From: Candidatus Omnitrophota bacterium
GTDB lineage: Bacteria > Omnitrophota > Gorgyraeia > Gygaellales > Profunditerraquicolaceae
Direction of reading: 5' to 3'
Length of the DNA stretch: 64,000 nucleotides
Assembly (NCBI GenBank): GCA_041650835.1
Contig: JBAZKL010000001.1
Coordinates: 637,617-701,616, forward strand
A program made the position numbers and the translations under genes. The notes below the pieces were generated by a model that was not told the origin of the DNA, ran no database searches, and saw only the letters and a program-made list of their open reading frames with translations. Within the stretch, counting starts at the first letter, position 1. The number at the start of each line of letters is the position of its first letter. Of the stretch, positions 40,033 through 49,614 are shown in pieces.

Positions 40033-40060
40033 CTGTCACCAAAAGTGACTGTCACCGTTG
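40028..40060. repeat. two direct REP copies (aaaagtgactgtcacc x2)
   Basis: Tandem 16-mers immediately after the RAYT stop codon. Confidence 0.6.
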
Positions 40061-40065
40061 CCGGG

Positions 40066-41010
40066 CTACTTATTGCGCGCGCAGCGGAAGCCCGTGTATT
40101 CATTGATATAACCCGGGGCGTCCGCTGTGCGTTCTGTAGTACGTAATTGCCCGCTATCGCTAAACCAGAATCCGCCCCGGATAACACGCGAGCCCCCCTT
40201 CAGAGGGCCGACGGGATCTTTATACGCGGCAGCCTGATAATAGCCGGCATCATACCAATCGTTACACCATTCTTGAACGTTACCGGCCATACCTACCGCG
40301 CCATACGGGCTCTTATATTCCTGGAACTTCCAAACCGCCACCGTATAATAAAAACCATCTTTTTTCCGGCTGTAATTTGCCCTGATAATTCCATTGGCAT
40401 GCGGTTCAGCGTTACCCCAGGGGTAGGTGCGGCGGTCAGTCCCCCGCGCGCATTTTTCCCATTCCGCTTCGCTCGGCAGTCGATAGCCATCCCGGGAAAA
40501 ATCGCATATCCCGCTATCCTCGTCATAACACGGCTGCAAGCCCTCCACGCGGCTGCGCCAATTGCAATAATGGATCGCGTCCCACCAGCTGACATTGACT
40601 ACCGGATGGTTATCGAATTGTTTAAAGCTCGGATCATCCCACTCCCCCAGGGGCTTATACCCTGACGCCTTAACAAATTGACGGAACTCACCCACGGTCA
40701 CTTCACAGCGGTCAATTAAGAACGCGCTCAAGAAGACCTCATGCTCCGGCTTTTCATCCCGGTTAACACGGCTATCATTCCGCGGCCCGCCCATGATAAA
40801 CGCGCCCGCCGGCACGCTCACCATGCCTAAACCGGTATTAGGGCAGACATTAACGAAAGGGGGCGAAAAACCCTTGAACGCGAACCATGCGGTCAACAGT
40901 ACCCCGGAGATGGCCGTAAATATAACAATTAAATTTATGAATAATTTACGGGAGACAGTCCTCATCTTATAAGCGCTCTCATATGCCCTTAATTGAATAC
41001 TCCTCAACAA
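40066..41010 (-). CDS. formylglycine-generating enzyme (SUMF1/FGE-sulfatase domain) family protein, membrane anchored
   Basis: FGE-sulfatase signatures (RCEVTVGEFRQFV, GNVQEWCNDWYD, RVIRGGFW) after an N-terminal TM helix. Confidence 0.8.
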   Translation of the reverse strand: MLRSIQLRAYESAYKMRTVSRKLFINLIVIFTAISGVLLTAWFAFKGFSPPFVNVCPNTGLGMVSVPAGAFIMGGPRNDSRVNRDEKPEHEVFLSAFLIDRCEVTVGEFRQFVKASGYKPLGEWDDPSFKQFDNHPVVNVSWWDAIHYCNWRSRVEGLQPCYDEDSGICDFSRDGYRLPSEAEWEKCARGTDRRTYPWGNAEPHANGIIRANYSRKKDGFYYTVAVWKFQEYKSPYGAVGMAGNVQEWCNDWYDAGYYQAAAYKDPVGPLKGGSRVIRGGFWFSDSGQLRTTERTADAPGYINEYTGFRCARNK

Positions 41011-41156
41011 AACACCTCAAAGGCGAAGCGGCGAATGCTCTTTTGATTGATAAGTTCTGTTTTTCGGCTATAATTTAGAAAGGAAAACGATAAGGCTACG
41101 CTTAATTATATCAACATTTACCCCTGAGTAAACAAGAAACTTCCGCGGGCATACGC

Positions 41157-43196
41157 ATGATCAAAAAAAACACCATTATTATCCCGGCCCTCTATTTACT
41201 CCTCCTGCCCCTGCTCCTGGAAATAGATCTCAGGGCCCTGGATCACTTGTTTTATAAAGAACCGCCCCCGCAAAAAGAATACATCATCTATTGCTTCGGC
41301 GATTCATTTACCTTCGGAGACGGAGCTCAGCCTAAAGACAGTTATCCGCGCCATCTCCAGAGAAAATTAAACGCCCGCCTCCGCAGGCGGGTAAGAGTTT
41401 TTAATCTCGGGGTACCAGGCGCGAACTCATCACAGGTATCAAATTTCATGCGCGCTATATTCGCGCGGTACCAAAGCCCCGACCTGGTATTACTGCGGGC
41501 AGGGACCAATGACGGATGGAATTTTGCCGATAATACGTTTCCCGGCTTGCAAAATAAAAAAGCGACAGGAAATGACCGCGCCCAAACGCTTCTGCGCGAC
41601 TCAAAGCTCCACCGCGCCCTGTTAACGCTCTCAGAGATAAAGGAATCCCCCCTCTCGTATGACCCCACGGGAAGAGACAAAGACAACCCCCTTTTCCTTG
41701 CCAAAAAATCAGATGATTTCAGCAGGCTCGCTCAATTTAATCTTGAGGCAATGGCAGCAACCGCGCGAGCAGGCGGCAGCAAAATATTTTTATTGAATTA
41801 CCCGCGCGGCGATATTTACGGCCCGCGCACCATCGCAAGCGTCGCTGAAAAGCTCTCCCTGCCCCTGGTGGATATCCGGGCCGCCTTTAATAAAAAGCTT
41901 CAAGGACACGATGAAAAAGAGTTGTTCGCGCCCTGGTGGGAGTGGAGCCACCCTAACGGCCGGGGATATGAACTTATGGCCCAAGCGATATACGACAAGA
42001 TGCTCAGCGAAGGGATTATCGTTGAAGACAAGGATAAAATATCCCTCATGACTTTTCGCGCGCACAAACGAGATAACGCTAAACTCGACAACTGCACAAT
42101 CGAGGTCAGCGATATCCAAAGAAGGCTCGACACAGAGAACCAACGCGTAGAGATCACCTATTCGCTCAAACCAAAAGCTTCAGGGACACTCTCTCAAAAG
42201 AACCCCGCGTATATATTCCTGTCTTATTCCCCCGGCGGCGCTCACCCCGGCGCCCCCTGGCAGCGCCCCTCGCCTGTTGCCGTCGATATAAACGGGAACG
42301 GACAGACGGATAAACCAAAAGACGCCTTAGTGGCCCAGTCCGGCAAACAACGCAGTTTTTTTTATTATGCCCGCGCGGGGCTCTCCGACAAAGACGTTAC
42401 CGCTGACAACTTTGCTATCCATATCCACGCGCTGGAAATGGTTTACGCACCCGCGGGGATTTACCGTATCGGCAACTGCCAAGCGCCTTTTGAGACGGAT
42501 GGTGAAGCGCAAACACAGGGGTTTTATATCATGAAATACCCTGCCACTATCGCGGAATACGCGGCATACCTCAATGAAACGGAAAAACAAGATACCGGCT
42601 TATACCCTTATCTTTTTAAGTATAACCATAAAATGGCGCAACAGGCTTGCGGAATTACACGCATAGGGACAGACGGTAATTATTCCTATATTATCCGCAA
42701 AGATAAAGCGGATTTCCCCGTCGTGTTTGTTACCTGGTTTAACGCCTTTGATTTCGCCCGATGGGCCGGCATGCGCCTGCCGAGTGAAGCGGAATGGGAA
42801 ATAACCGCCCGCGGATGCGACCAAAGGATGTACCCGTGGGGAAATTCTCCCGAACCAAAGGAGAGCATCTGCAATATGTTCGATGACGGGGTGTCTTACG
42901 CATCGGATGTATTGCGTTATGAACAGGCATGGGAACAACAAGGGCTGTCTTCGCCATTCGGGGCAAGAGAACTCACCGGCAATGTATGGGAATGGGTAGA
43001 CACCTATTGGTATGATACCGGCTTCTATGATGAACGTCAAAGCAGGACTGATTATAAAAATACCGCTAACAGGGTCCTGCGGGGAGGAGATTGGGGAACT
43101 GCTTCCTCATGGCAGAAAGCCGCGGCGCGCAACAATGACATAACTTCCCTGGCACGCAAGAACGGCATCGGATTTCGCTGCGCAATTGATGACTAA
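41157..43196 (+). CDS. fusion protein: N-terminal SGNH/GDSL hydrolase domain plus C-terminal FGE-sulfatase domain
   Basis: GDSL block (YCFGDSFTFGDG) near the N-terminus and FGE-sulfatase blocks (YRIGNCQ, GNVWEWVDTYWYD, RVLRGGDWG) in the C-terminal half. Signal peptide or TM at the N-terminus. Confidence 0.75.
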   Translation: MIKKNTIIIPALYLLLLPLLLEIDLRALDHLFYKEPPPQKEYIIYCFGDSFTFGDGAQPKDSYPRHLQRKLNARLRRRVRVFNLGVPGANSSQVSNFMRAIFARYQSPDLVLLRAGTNDGWNFADNTFPGLQNKKATGNDRAQTLLRDSKLHRALLTLSEIKESPLSYDPTGRDKDNPLFLAKKSDDFSRLAQFNLEAMAATARAGGSKIFLLNYPRGDIYGPRTIASVAEKLSLPLVDIRAAFNKKLQGHDEKELFAPWWEWSHPNGRGYELMAQAIYDKMLSEGIIVEDKDKISLMTFRAHKRDNAKLDNCTIEVSDIQRRLDTENQRVEITYSLKPKASGTLSQKNPAYIFLSYSPGGAHPGAPWQRPSPVAVDINGNGQTDKPKDALVAQSGKQRSFFYYARAGLSDKDVTADNFAIHIHALEMVYAPAGIYRIGNCQAPFETDGEAQTQGFYIMKYPATIAEYAAYLNETEKQDTGLYPYLFKYNHKMAQQACGITRIGTDGNYSYIIRKDKADFPVVFVTWFNAFDFARWAGMRLPSEAEWEITARGCDQRMYPWGNSPEPKESICNMFDDGVSYASDVLRYEQAWEQQGLSSPFGARELTGNVWEWVDTYWYDTGFYDERQSRTDYKNTANRVLRGGDWGTASSWQKAAARNNDITSLARKNGIGFRCAIDD

Positions 43197-43199
43197 AGC

Positions 43200-43850
43200 A
43201 TGAAAACACTCTTAAAGCATTTCTTAATAATAGTTACCCTCAGCATCTGCGTATCGGCACTGCTCGCAGGAGTACGGCACACGAGAAAACGCGGACTGCC
43301 GGTGGACATAGAAGCAGAGCTCCTGAACAGGTTTGCCGCTGAGAATACCAGGCTCTCCCTATCCTCCCACCCGCGCGATAACTATATCCACTGGAACAGG
43401 GATGACCGCTATTCGGGAGAAATGTCGCTGAAAATATCCATTGATCAGGCGGAAAAAGAAGTAACGTATTGCAGCGATATTACCCTGCGCGAAGCCCTTG
43501 ACCTGCAGGCAGCGTATCAAGAAGGACGGATAGAATTCCGGGTAAAAACAATGGCCTTATTCCCGGCGAACACGAAATTCGAGGTACTCCTGGTTGATGA
43601 GCGCAACACCCGCCTCAATTCGGAAGTTTCATTCAACAGCCCAGAAAACGCCTGGCAGCTTATCAGCCTGCCCTTGCGTGATTTTTCCCAGCCGCCGCTT
43701 CCCGGCTCTTTTAATTGGAAGACGATCACAAGAATAGAATTTGCCGTTCGCTGCCCTGAAAGCTCAAAGGGCCTCACCCTGCTCATCGACGAGCTTAAAG
43801 TTAAGGACGCGCAAACAGTGCTCCTTGATATCGGCGCCCATTTTGAATAA
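43200..43850 (+). CDS. secreted hypothetical protein; paralogue of 14919-15527
   Basis: Signal peptide. No motif I recognise. Confidence 0.4.
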   Translation: MKTLLKHFLIIVTLSICVSALLAGVRHTRKRGLPVDIEAELLNRFAAENTRLSLSSHPRDNYIHWNRDDRYSGEMSLKISIDQAEKEVTYCSDITLREALDLQAAYQEGRIEFRVKTMALFPANTKFEVLLVDERNTRLNSEVSFNSPENAWQLISLPLRDFSQPPLPGSFNWKTITRIEFAVRCPESSKGLTLLIDELKVKDAQTVLLDIGAHFE

Positions 43851-43867
43851 CGCAGGTGACATAAGCT

Positions 43868-44659
43868 TCATCGCCTCAAGAATGCTATAAGATACCATAT
43901 CCCGAACAGCATACCTGTTATTTTAAAATATTTCCTGAGTTCCCGCGCTTTATCAACCGAAAAATCCATCCAGATCCTTGATTTAAAAAAGTACCAAAGA
44001 AAAACAGCCCATAAAAAATGGCCGCATATAAAAAACATCCCCAGAGACAATCGGATCTTCAACACCAGTGAAAAAATAAAGATAAAACAGACAGACGCCA
44101 AGACCGCCGCGGAATATCTCTGCCGGTTCTTGATAACAAAGAGGGACCTCTTATCCGCTTCGGCGTGCGCAAGCTCATGGCATAATTGTCCGGGTATAAA
44201 AAAAGCGGCCATATACGAACTCATCGCGATGACCGGCAGGGAATAAGCTGCGTTTCCCGCGTAGGAACCGATCAAAAAAAGGCATCCGAAAAGATAAACG
44301 TTGATCACGATACCGGCAAGAGTATTCTTTTTCCAAAGGATCGACGGTAAAGAATACGCGGTGTTCAAGGCAACCGCGATACCCAAAGGAAGCATAAGCC
44401 GGGGCAAACGCATTGCCGCAAGAATAAACCCCAGGAGAATAGGCGCAAATACCAGGAACAGCTCGCGGGTTATCCAATCCCGGGGTTCTTTATCACAGAG
44501 CCGGTTAAAAGAATAGCCGTAGGAAAGATAGCTTGAGCCGATAAAAAGGCTTATCCATAAATCGGGGCACAGGCAAAAACCGCCTCTGGTAAAAATAAAG
44601 CCCAGGACTGTCAGGCCTAAAAGATAATACCAGTCCCTCACCCGGTACAAATTGATCAT
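43868..44659 (-). CDS. UbiA-like membrane prenyltransferase family protein (tentative)
   Basis: Polytopic membrane protein with an NxxxDxxxxD-like motif (NRLCDKEPRD). The start is uncertain because the longer ORF overlaps the upstream gene. Confidence 0.4.
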   Translation of the reverse strand: MINLYRVRDWYYLLGLTVLGFIFTRGGFCLCPDLWISLFIGSSYLSYGYSFNRLCDKEPRDWITRELFLVFAPILLGFILAAMRLPRLMLPLGIAVALNTAYSLPSILWKKNTLAGIVINVYLFGCLFLIGSYAGNAAYSLPVIAMSSYMAAFFIPGQLCHELAHAEADKRSLFVIKNRQRYSAAVLASVCFIFIFSLVLKIRLSLGMFFICGHFLWAVFLWYFFKSRIWMDFSVDKARELRKYFKITGMLFGIWYLIAFLRR

Positions 44660-45933
44660 CTGCCGAATAAAACATTGAAGCGGGAGATTCTCATAAGGTA
44701 AAACAGTTTTTTCACTGACCATGTCGCTCCATAACATACAATTAAATAAAAATAAGGGAGTAAAACAAGCACGTAACGAAGAAAAGCTACCTCCATATAT
44801 TTCAAGAGGGACGCCAGTTCAACTAAAAAAGCGATTCCCAAAAGATATTCGATCCCCAAGGACCCGTTTTTTCTGAAAGAACTCACTCCTTTTACCCCTA
44901 AAGCGGCCAAGCCGATCAAAAACAGCGGTGCCGTGACAGGCGTGGGATGTACTATTTTAATGATAAATTTCAGCCGGCTGAGCATGTCAGGCAGGAAAGC
45001 CGAGGGTAAATCGGCGATTTGCCAGGCGAAATAACGAAAACGCATGAGTATTATTTTCTTAATGCCTGCCAGCGGGTTCACATAAAGCGCCGGGTTAAAA
45101 AGCACGAACACAAGAAAACAGGCAAGTAAAACGATGCTTACCTGGAGCAGGCCTCTCAGGATCATCCTTCTTGTGATCTCCCTGAACAATATCTGCTTTC
45201 CCAGGACAGAAAGAAAGCAAATAAAGAAAATAACGATATTTAACGCCCCGTTGATCTTCGTACCTGTTAGAAAACCCGCGCTCAAGCCTACCAACAACGC
45301 CGGCAGGAACAACCAATCCTCCCCCTTTTCCTTATTTTGCCACCGGGACAAATACGCGTTTATTAAAAGGATGTTTAAGAAATGCTGCAATAACCAAACA
45401 GATTCCAGGAGGACCATGTTTGAAAAAACGACAAAATGCTTATGAGCCAGGAGCAGCCATACCGCGGGGAGAGCGCAATAGTACCAGCCCAAACGCCATC
45501 CCAGGGCGAATACCGACACCACGCAAAGCGTCATAAAGATCAGCATCCCGGACCTCACCTTATAGACCAGGTCGGCGGCATAAGGCCACGGATGCTTTTC
45601 TATTGCTCCGTCGGATATCTTGACAAAACGCACGAGAGTGTCCGGCTCCCGCAGCATCGGCCGCCACGGGCTGTAATGGATACTTAAACCGATCAAATAG
45701 ACCCCCACAGGGACCGCTGAATACCTTAGGTCGGAATGCCAATACGGATTATCCATATTATGAGTAATGAAGAACGATTTAAATAAACCGGCGTAATAAA
45801 CATAGATCAATTCATCATTATTCAACTCATTGCTTAAAGTTTTGCCGCGGGCATGAAGGGATACCATCACGCAAAGAATAATACATAAGGAAAATATCGC
45901 TATTTCAAATATTGATCGCTGGGTTTTCTTCAT
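44656..45933 (-). CDS. polytopic membrane protein, GT-C (ArnT/PMT-like) glycosyltransferase fold (tentative)
   Basis: 425 aa with more than 10 TM helices and a periplasmic loop after the first helices. No soluble domain. Confidence 0.4.
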   Translation of the reverse strand: MKKTQRSIFEIAIFSLCIILCVMVSLHARGKTLSNELNNDELIYVYYAGLFKSFFITHNMDNPYWHSDLRYSAVPVGVYLIGLSIHYSPWRPMLREPDTLVRFVKISDGAIEKHPWPYAADLVYKVRSGMLIFMTLCVVSVFALGWRLGWYYCALPAVWLLLAHKHFVVFSNMVLLESVWLLQHFLNILLINAYLSRWQNKEKGEDWLFLPALLVGLSAGFLTGTKINGALNIVIFFICFLSVLGKQILFREITRRMILRGLLQVSIVLLACFLVFVLFNPALYVNPLAGIKKIILMRFRYFAWQIADLPSAFLPDMLSRLKFIIKIVHPTPVTAPLFLIGLAALGVKGVSSFRKNGSLGIEYLLGIAFLVELASLLKYMEVAFLRYVLVLLPYFYLIVCYGATWSVKKLFYLMRISRFNVLFGR

Positions 45934-45992
45934 AACAAACAGTTAATTATTTTTGCCCGTGCCCGGCAGGTCGCGATTGAATGATCAAACCT

Positions 45993-47813
45993 TTAACGCT
46001 CGGTGAAAAGATCCCGGATCTTGCCCCAAACGGCCGCCGGTTTATAGATGACCGCCTTTTGAGAAGGTTCATACGTTCCTGTTTCTTTCCAGGAACCCGC
46101 CAACCAGCTGAATCCCGAAATGCTGTATTCGGTCATCACCGGTAAATAATCTTCCTTTATCTTTTGCTCGTTCCAACTATAGGCATAAAATTTTCTGGCG
46201 CGCTCCTCGGATGCTCCCTCATCAAACATAGACACGCCGGGAAAATCATCTTTTAAATGAAGCTCCGACATGATTGTCCTGGGGATATCCGACAACGAAA
46301 CCGCTGCGTCTGAAACACGCATACGGCCGCTTGCGTCAAATGGTTTAATAAGGACGAGCGGCAGCCCCCCGCCCCGCCCCGGATAATACAGCTGCCCGGC
46401 ATTCCCGCGTTTCTCTTGAGGAAGGTAAACATCCCCCAGGGCCCCATGGTCGCCCATAATAACGATCAAAGAATTATCATAAATACCGGCTTCTTTTAAC
46501 CCGCTCAGGAACATTGAAACTAATTTCAAAAGCCCCCGGGCTTGTTTTTTATACCCCTGCCGGTCCGACGGCAGAAGTTCAGGCTCGAGAGCTTCATTGA
46601 ACATCAAAGGAAAATGCATCCCCGGAAGGTGGATGTATTTAAAGAGTTTCATATTCTCACTCAAGGAGAGCCCCGCGGAAGTCTCCCGGAAAAACCTGAC
46701 CGTTTCCCGGAATTCATGCCGTTGTGAAGGCGGCAGTTGGTCCTGCCTGAACCTGCCGGATCTTTTACCGCTTCCCCGGGAGAAGAGCCTTCTTATAAAC
46801 CATCGTTGATCGCGGTAAAGGGCCTTTTTTAATTGCTGCGGGCAAGAACGAAACAACGCGATATCATAAATGTGTGCAATATCCTTGGCCCTCAAGCGTT
46901 TTTTTGCCACAACAAGGTTCGATGCCAGGGCAGGATCGCAATAAATCGAGTAGGGGTTAAAATAAGGGTACAATTCAACGGTGAAGCCGCGGTCCCGCAG
47001 GACCGACGGCAGTGAACGGCGGGTAAATTCATCCTTAATGAACCTTTGGATCTCAACCGTGTTATCGTAATAGCGGCCCGTCATGATCGTAACAATAGCA
47101 GGATACGTGCATTGAAACGGGGCCACGGCGTTACGAAAATAGGTAAATCCCTGAAAAGGCCCGCCCTCCGCAGGGTCCTCATCAATGATCTCCTGAAAAA
47201 CATCCGTTTCAAAGGCATCCAATAAAAGAATGATAACGTTTTTCTCTGAAGAATAACGAGTGAGATTTTTGTTGTCTATCACTACCTTCTCGGCGCTCGG
47301 CAGTTGCGAAGCCTGTATCATCGTCCACAAAGCTGAAATGAATTGTATCAATAAAAGCCCGGCAGCTAATTTTCTCAGGCCTGCGCGGGCCTGCTGCGCC
47401 TTAAAAACAACTAAAGCCGCCCCTGACAACCAGGCAAGCGCGTCAATAATACCCCTCCCCCGGAATTGATCCCACTCGATCTGCCTGCCGTCAAACACGC
47501 CGTAGCTCCAGACAAAAACATTTCCCTGCAGCCATATCAATACGGACGCCCCGGCTATAGCTGCCACGCATGCCTTACGCGACGAAACAGGCAAAACCAG
47601 GAGGACCGCGCTCAAGAGCACAGCGGCGGCAAAAGAGATCATAACAAAAACAGGCGTAACAAGAGAAAAGACGTAGGGGAATTCCAGCCGGTTGGTTAAA
47701 TATATTTGAAGCGGAGTGAAGAAAAAAAGCGTCAGTGAAAACAAAACAGCGGCAATACAGGCATCAGCCTTCTTTATACCGGCGCAGCCCGAAAGAGGAG
47801 CGGGACGATTCAT
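45993..47813 (-). CDS. sulfatase-like (alkaline phosphatase superfamily) membrane hydrolase/transferase, LTA-synthase/phosphoglycerol-transferase-like
   Basis: N-terminal multi-TM region followed by a sulfatase-type domain (NVIILLLDAFETD ... IVIMGDHGA). Confidence 0.65.
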   Translation of the reverse strand: MNRPAPLSGCAGIKKADACIAAVLFSLTLFFFTPLQIYLTNRLEFPYVFSLVTPVFVMISFAAAVLLSAVLLVLPVSSRKACVAAIAGASVLIWLQGNVFVWSYGVFDGRQIEWDQFRGRGIIDALAWLSGAALVVFKAQQARAGLRKLAAGLLLIQFISALWTMIQASQLPSAEKVVIDNKNLTRYSSEKNVIILLLDAFETDVFQEIIDEDPAEGGPFQGFTYFRNAVAPFQCTYPAIVTIMTGRYYDNTVEIQRFIKDEFTRRSLPSVLRDRGFTVELYPYFNPYSIYCDPALASNLVVAKKRLRAKDIAHIYDIALFRSCPQQLKKALYRDQRWFIRRLFSRGSGKRSGRFRQDQLPPSQRHEFRETVRFFRETSAGLSLSENMKLFKYIHLPGMHFPLMFNEALEPELLPSDRQGYKKQARGLLKLVSMFLSGLKEAGIYDNSLIVIMGDHGALGDVYLPQEKRGNAGQLYYPGRGGGLPLVLIKPFDASGRMRVSDAAVSLSDIPRTIMSELHLKDDFPGVSMFDEGASEERARKFYAYSWNEQKIKEDYLPVMTEYSISGFSWLAGSWKETGTYEPSQKAVIYKPAAVWGKIRDLFTER

Positions 47814-49201
47814 CTTTGTTTTCGTTTAAGGAAATACACGGACCTTGACGATCCCGGCACCTGCCGGCAGCCCTCGATCTCAAAGTACCGCCCAAATTCC
47901 TCTTCAAAGCTTTCACGGGAGTATTCCGTAAAAATGTCTTCCCGGTTAACTAAGAGCCTGCGCACAGAAGGATCGCTTTTAGGGATGAATTCAACAAGCG
48001 CGCACCGGCAGATCTTCTGCAACAAATAGGCTATCTTCCCTAACGGGATCCCGCAGGTGAACGCCAAATGATGGATCAAGGCCAAAGCCATAACGGCATC
48101 CGCGGGGCCGCGCTCGAAAAACGAGCTTCTCTCCTCTAAAGCCCACCCCGCGGCAGGGCTGGGATTGGCAACATCGATCACCAAGGGTAAAACAGAAGAC
48201 AGCTTTTCCTCACAACAGGCCCGGTAATTCTCCTCTACCACGGCATGATCATTATCAAAAGATACTACCGGTATATTCAGGCGGCCGGCAATACGGCTGA
48301 AAACCCCCGTGTTAGAACCTATATCATAAATGAAGCGCGGGTTGTATCGCTGCAGGAATTCAGAGACTAATGCCTGTTTTGCCGTTATCATACAGTGAGG
48401 GTAACCGGTATCCGAATAATACCTCAGCCAATGCGACCGGCGCGAACGCAATTTCATTCCCGCCACCGCGGATTCCAAATTATCGATAAGCGCCTCAAGG
48501 GCTAAACGGCTGAGGCGGCAGGAGCGCTGCCCTACTGCCGCAGCTTCATAATGCTTCTGGAATTTAGAATGGCTATACAGGTGAAAAAATAATGCCGGCC
48601 TCAAACGGCTCCAAAGCGGTAAGAGCGAACTCGCCAGGTCCAACGGTATACCGTCAAGATAAGTCCGGGACAACTGATTCAATCTCACGTCGACACAGCT
48701 CATTAAAGCCAACGGCGCCAGAAAATGCCGGCAAAACTGCCGGTAAGCAGCCCAGGGCTCGCCGGGACGATATATTTCAAAAGAAAGCGTATCGATCAAG
48801 AGCGGCTTAGCGTTAAGGAATTGAATATTGCAGGCGCTGGCGTCTTTTAAGGTCATGCCCTCTTTAAGGGCCATTTTCTGGATTTGGAGCGTCGTTAAAG
48901 CAGCCTGCCTTAACTGGCTGAAGCACCATTCGCAGGGATAGGAAACAAACGGGATCGTCTCAGGCTTAATGACCTTATACGCTAACCGGCTGTCCGCAGC
49001 GGGGACATCCGATTGCGTATGCGGAACAAGTTTCCCCGCGGACACCAATGATTCATAAAGGCCGCAACGCGTAAGGTGGTCAAAGTGCCCCTGATACACC
49101 TTATTGACTTGCCTGAAGATCCGGCCGTCTCTCTCGAAAAGAAAACCGCTTGGGTCACGAAACGAAGCTAAAACAGGAAAACGGCTTTCAGGAATTGGCA
49201 T
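47810..49201 (-). CDS. hypothetical protein with a class I SAM-dependent methyltransferase-like region
   Basis: IYDIGSNTGVFS (motif I-like GxGxG) in the C-terminal half. The N-terminal ~270 aa are unassigned. Confidence 0.4.
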   Translation of the reverse strand: MPIPESRFPVLASFRDPSGFLFERDGRIFRQVNKVYQGHFDHLTRCGLYESLVSAGKLVPHTQSDVPAADSRLAYKVIKPETIPFVSYPCEWCFSQLRQAALTTLQIQKMALKEGMTLKDASACNIQFLNAKPLLIDTLSFEIYRPGEPWAAYRQFCRHFLAPLALMSCVDVRLNQLSRTYLDGIPLDLASSLLPLWSRLRPALFFHLYSHSKFQKHYEAAAVGQRSCRLSRLALEALIDNLESAVAGMKLRSRRSHWLRYYSDTGYPHCMITAKQALVSEFLQRYNPRFIYDIGSNTGVFSRIAGRLNIPVVSFDNDHAVVEENYRACCEEKLSSVLPLVIDVANPSPAAGWALEERSSFFERGPADAVMALALIHHLAFTCGIPLGKIAYLLQKICRCALVEFIPKSDPSVRRLLVNREDIFTEYSRESFEEEFGRYFEIEGCRQVPGSSRSVYFLKRKQR

Positions 49202-49204
49202 GGA

Positions 49205-49438
49205 TCAGTTCTTTTTTTGCTTTTTCCTGATAATAATACGGCCCAGATACATTTTGATCTTTCCCCAAGCTGTCTTAGCCACAAAAAACCCGACGACCAA
49301 AGACGCTACCACGGATTGAAAGATACTGCTCCCCGCCCCGGGATCGATGTAAGCATAGCCATACGCAGGAAAAAAAAATAAAAACATACTTGCGGGCAAA
49401 AGAACATGTTTACTGAATTTCATAACCGCCCCCCGCAC
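49205..49438 (-). CDS. small hydrophobic protein
   Basis: 77 aa, two hydrophobic segments. Confidence 0.3.
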   Translation of the reverse strand: MRGAVMKFSKHVLLPASMFLFFFPAYGYAYIDPGAGSSIFQSVVASLVVGFFVAKTAWGKIKMYLGRIIIRKKQKKN

Positions 49439-49614
49439 TATTACAGCTTTTCACCCAACGATCAATAAACAAAAACCCCCACCGCCGCAAACCCGGCTTT
49501 TGAAAATAGTGTAACATTTTCACCCGGTCTTGTAAAACAGATTTCTCGATCCCCCCCCCGAAAACTAAAAGCTATCCCCGTTTTAGCTTGCCGCGGATAG
49601 CGCAAGAGGCGCTC

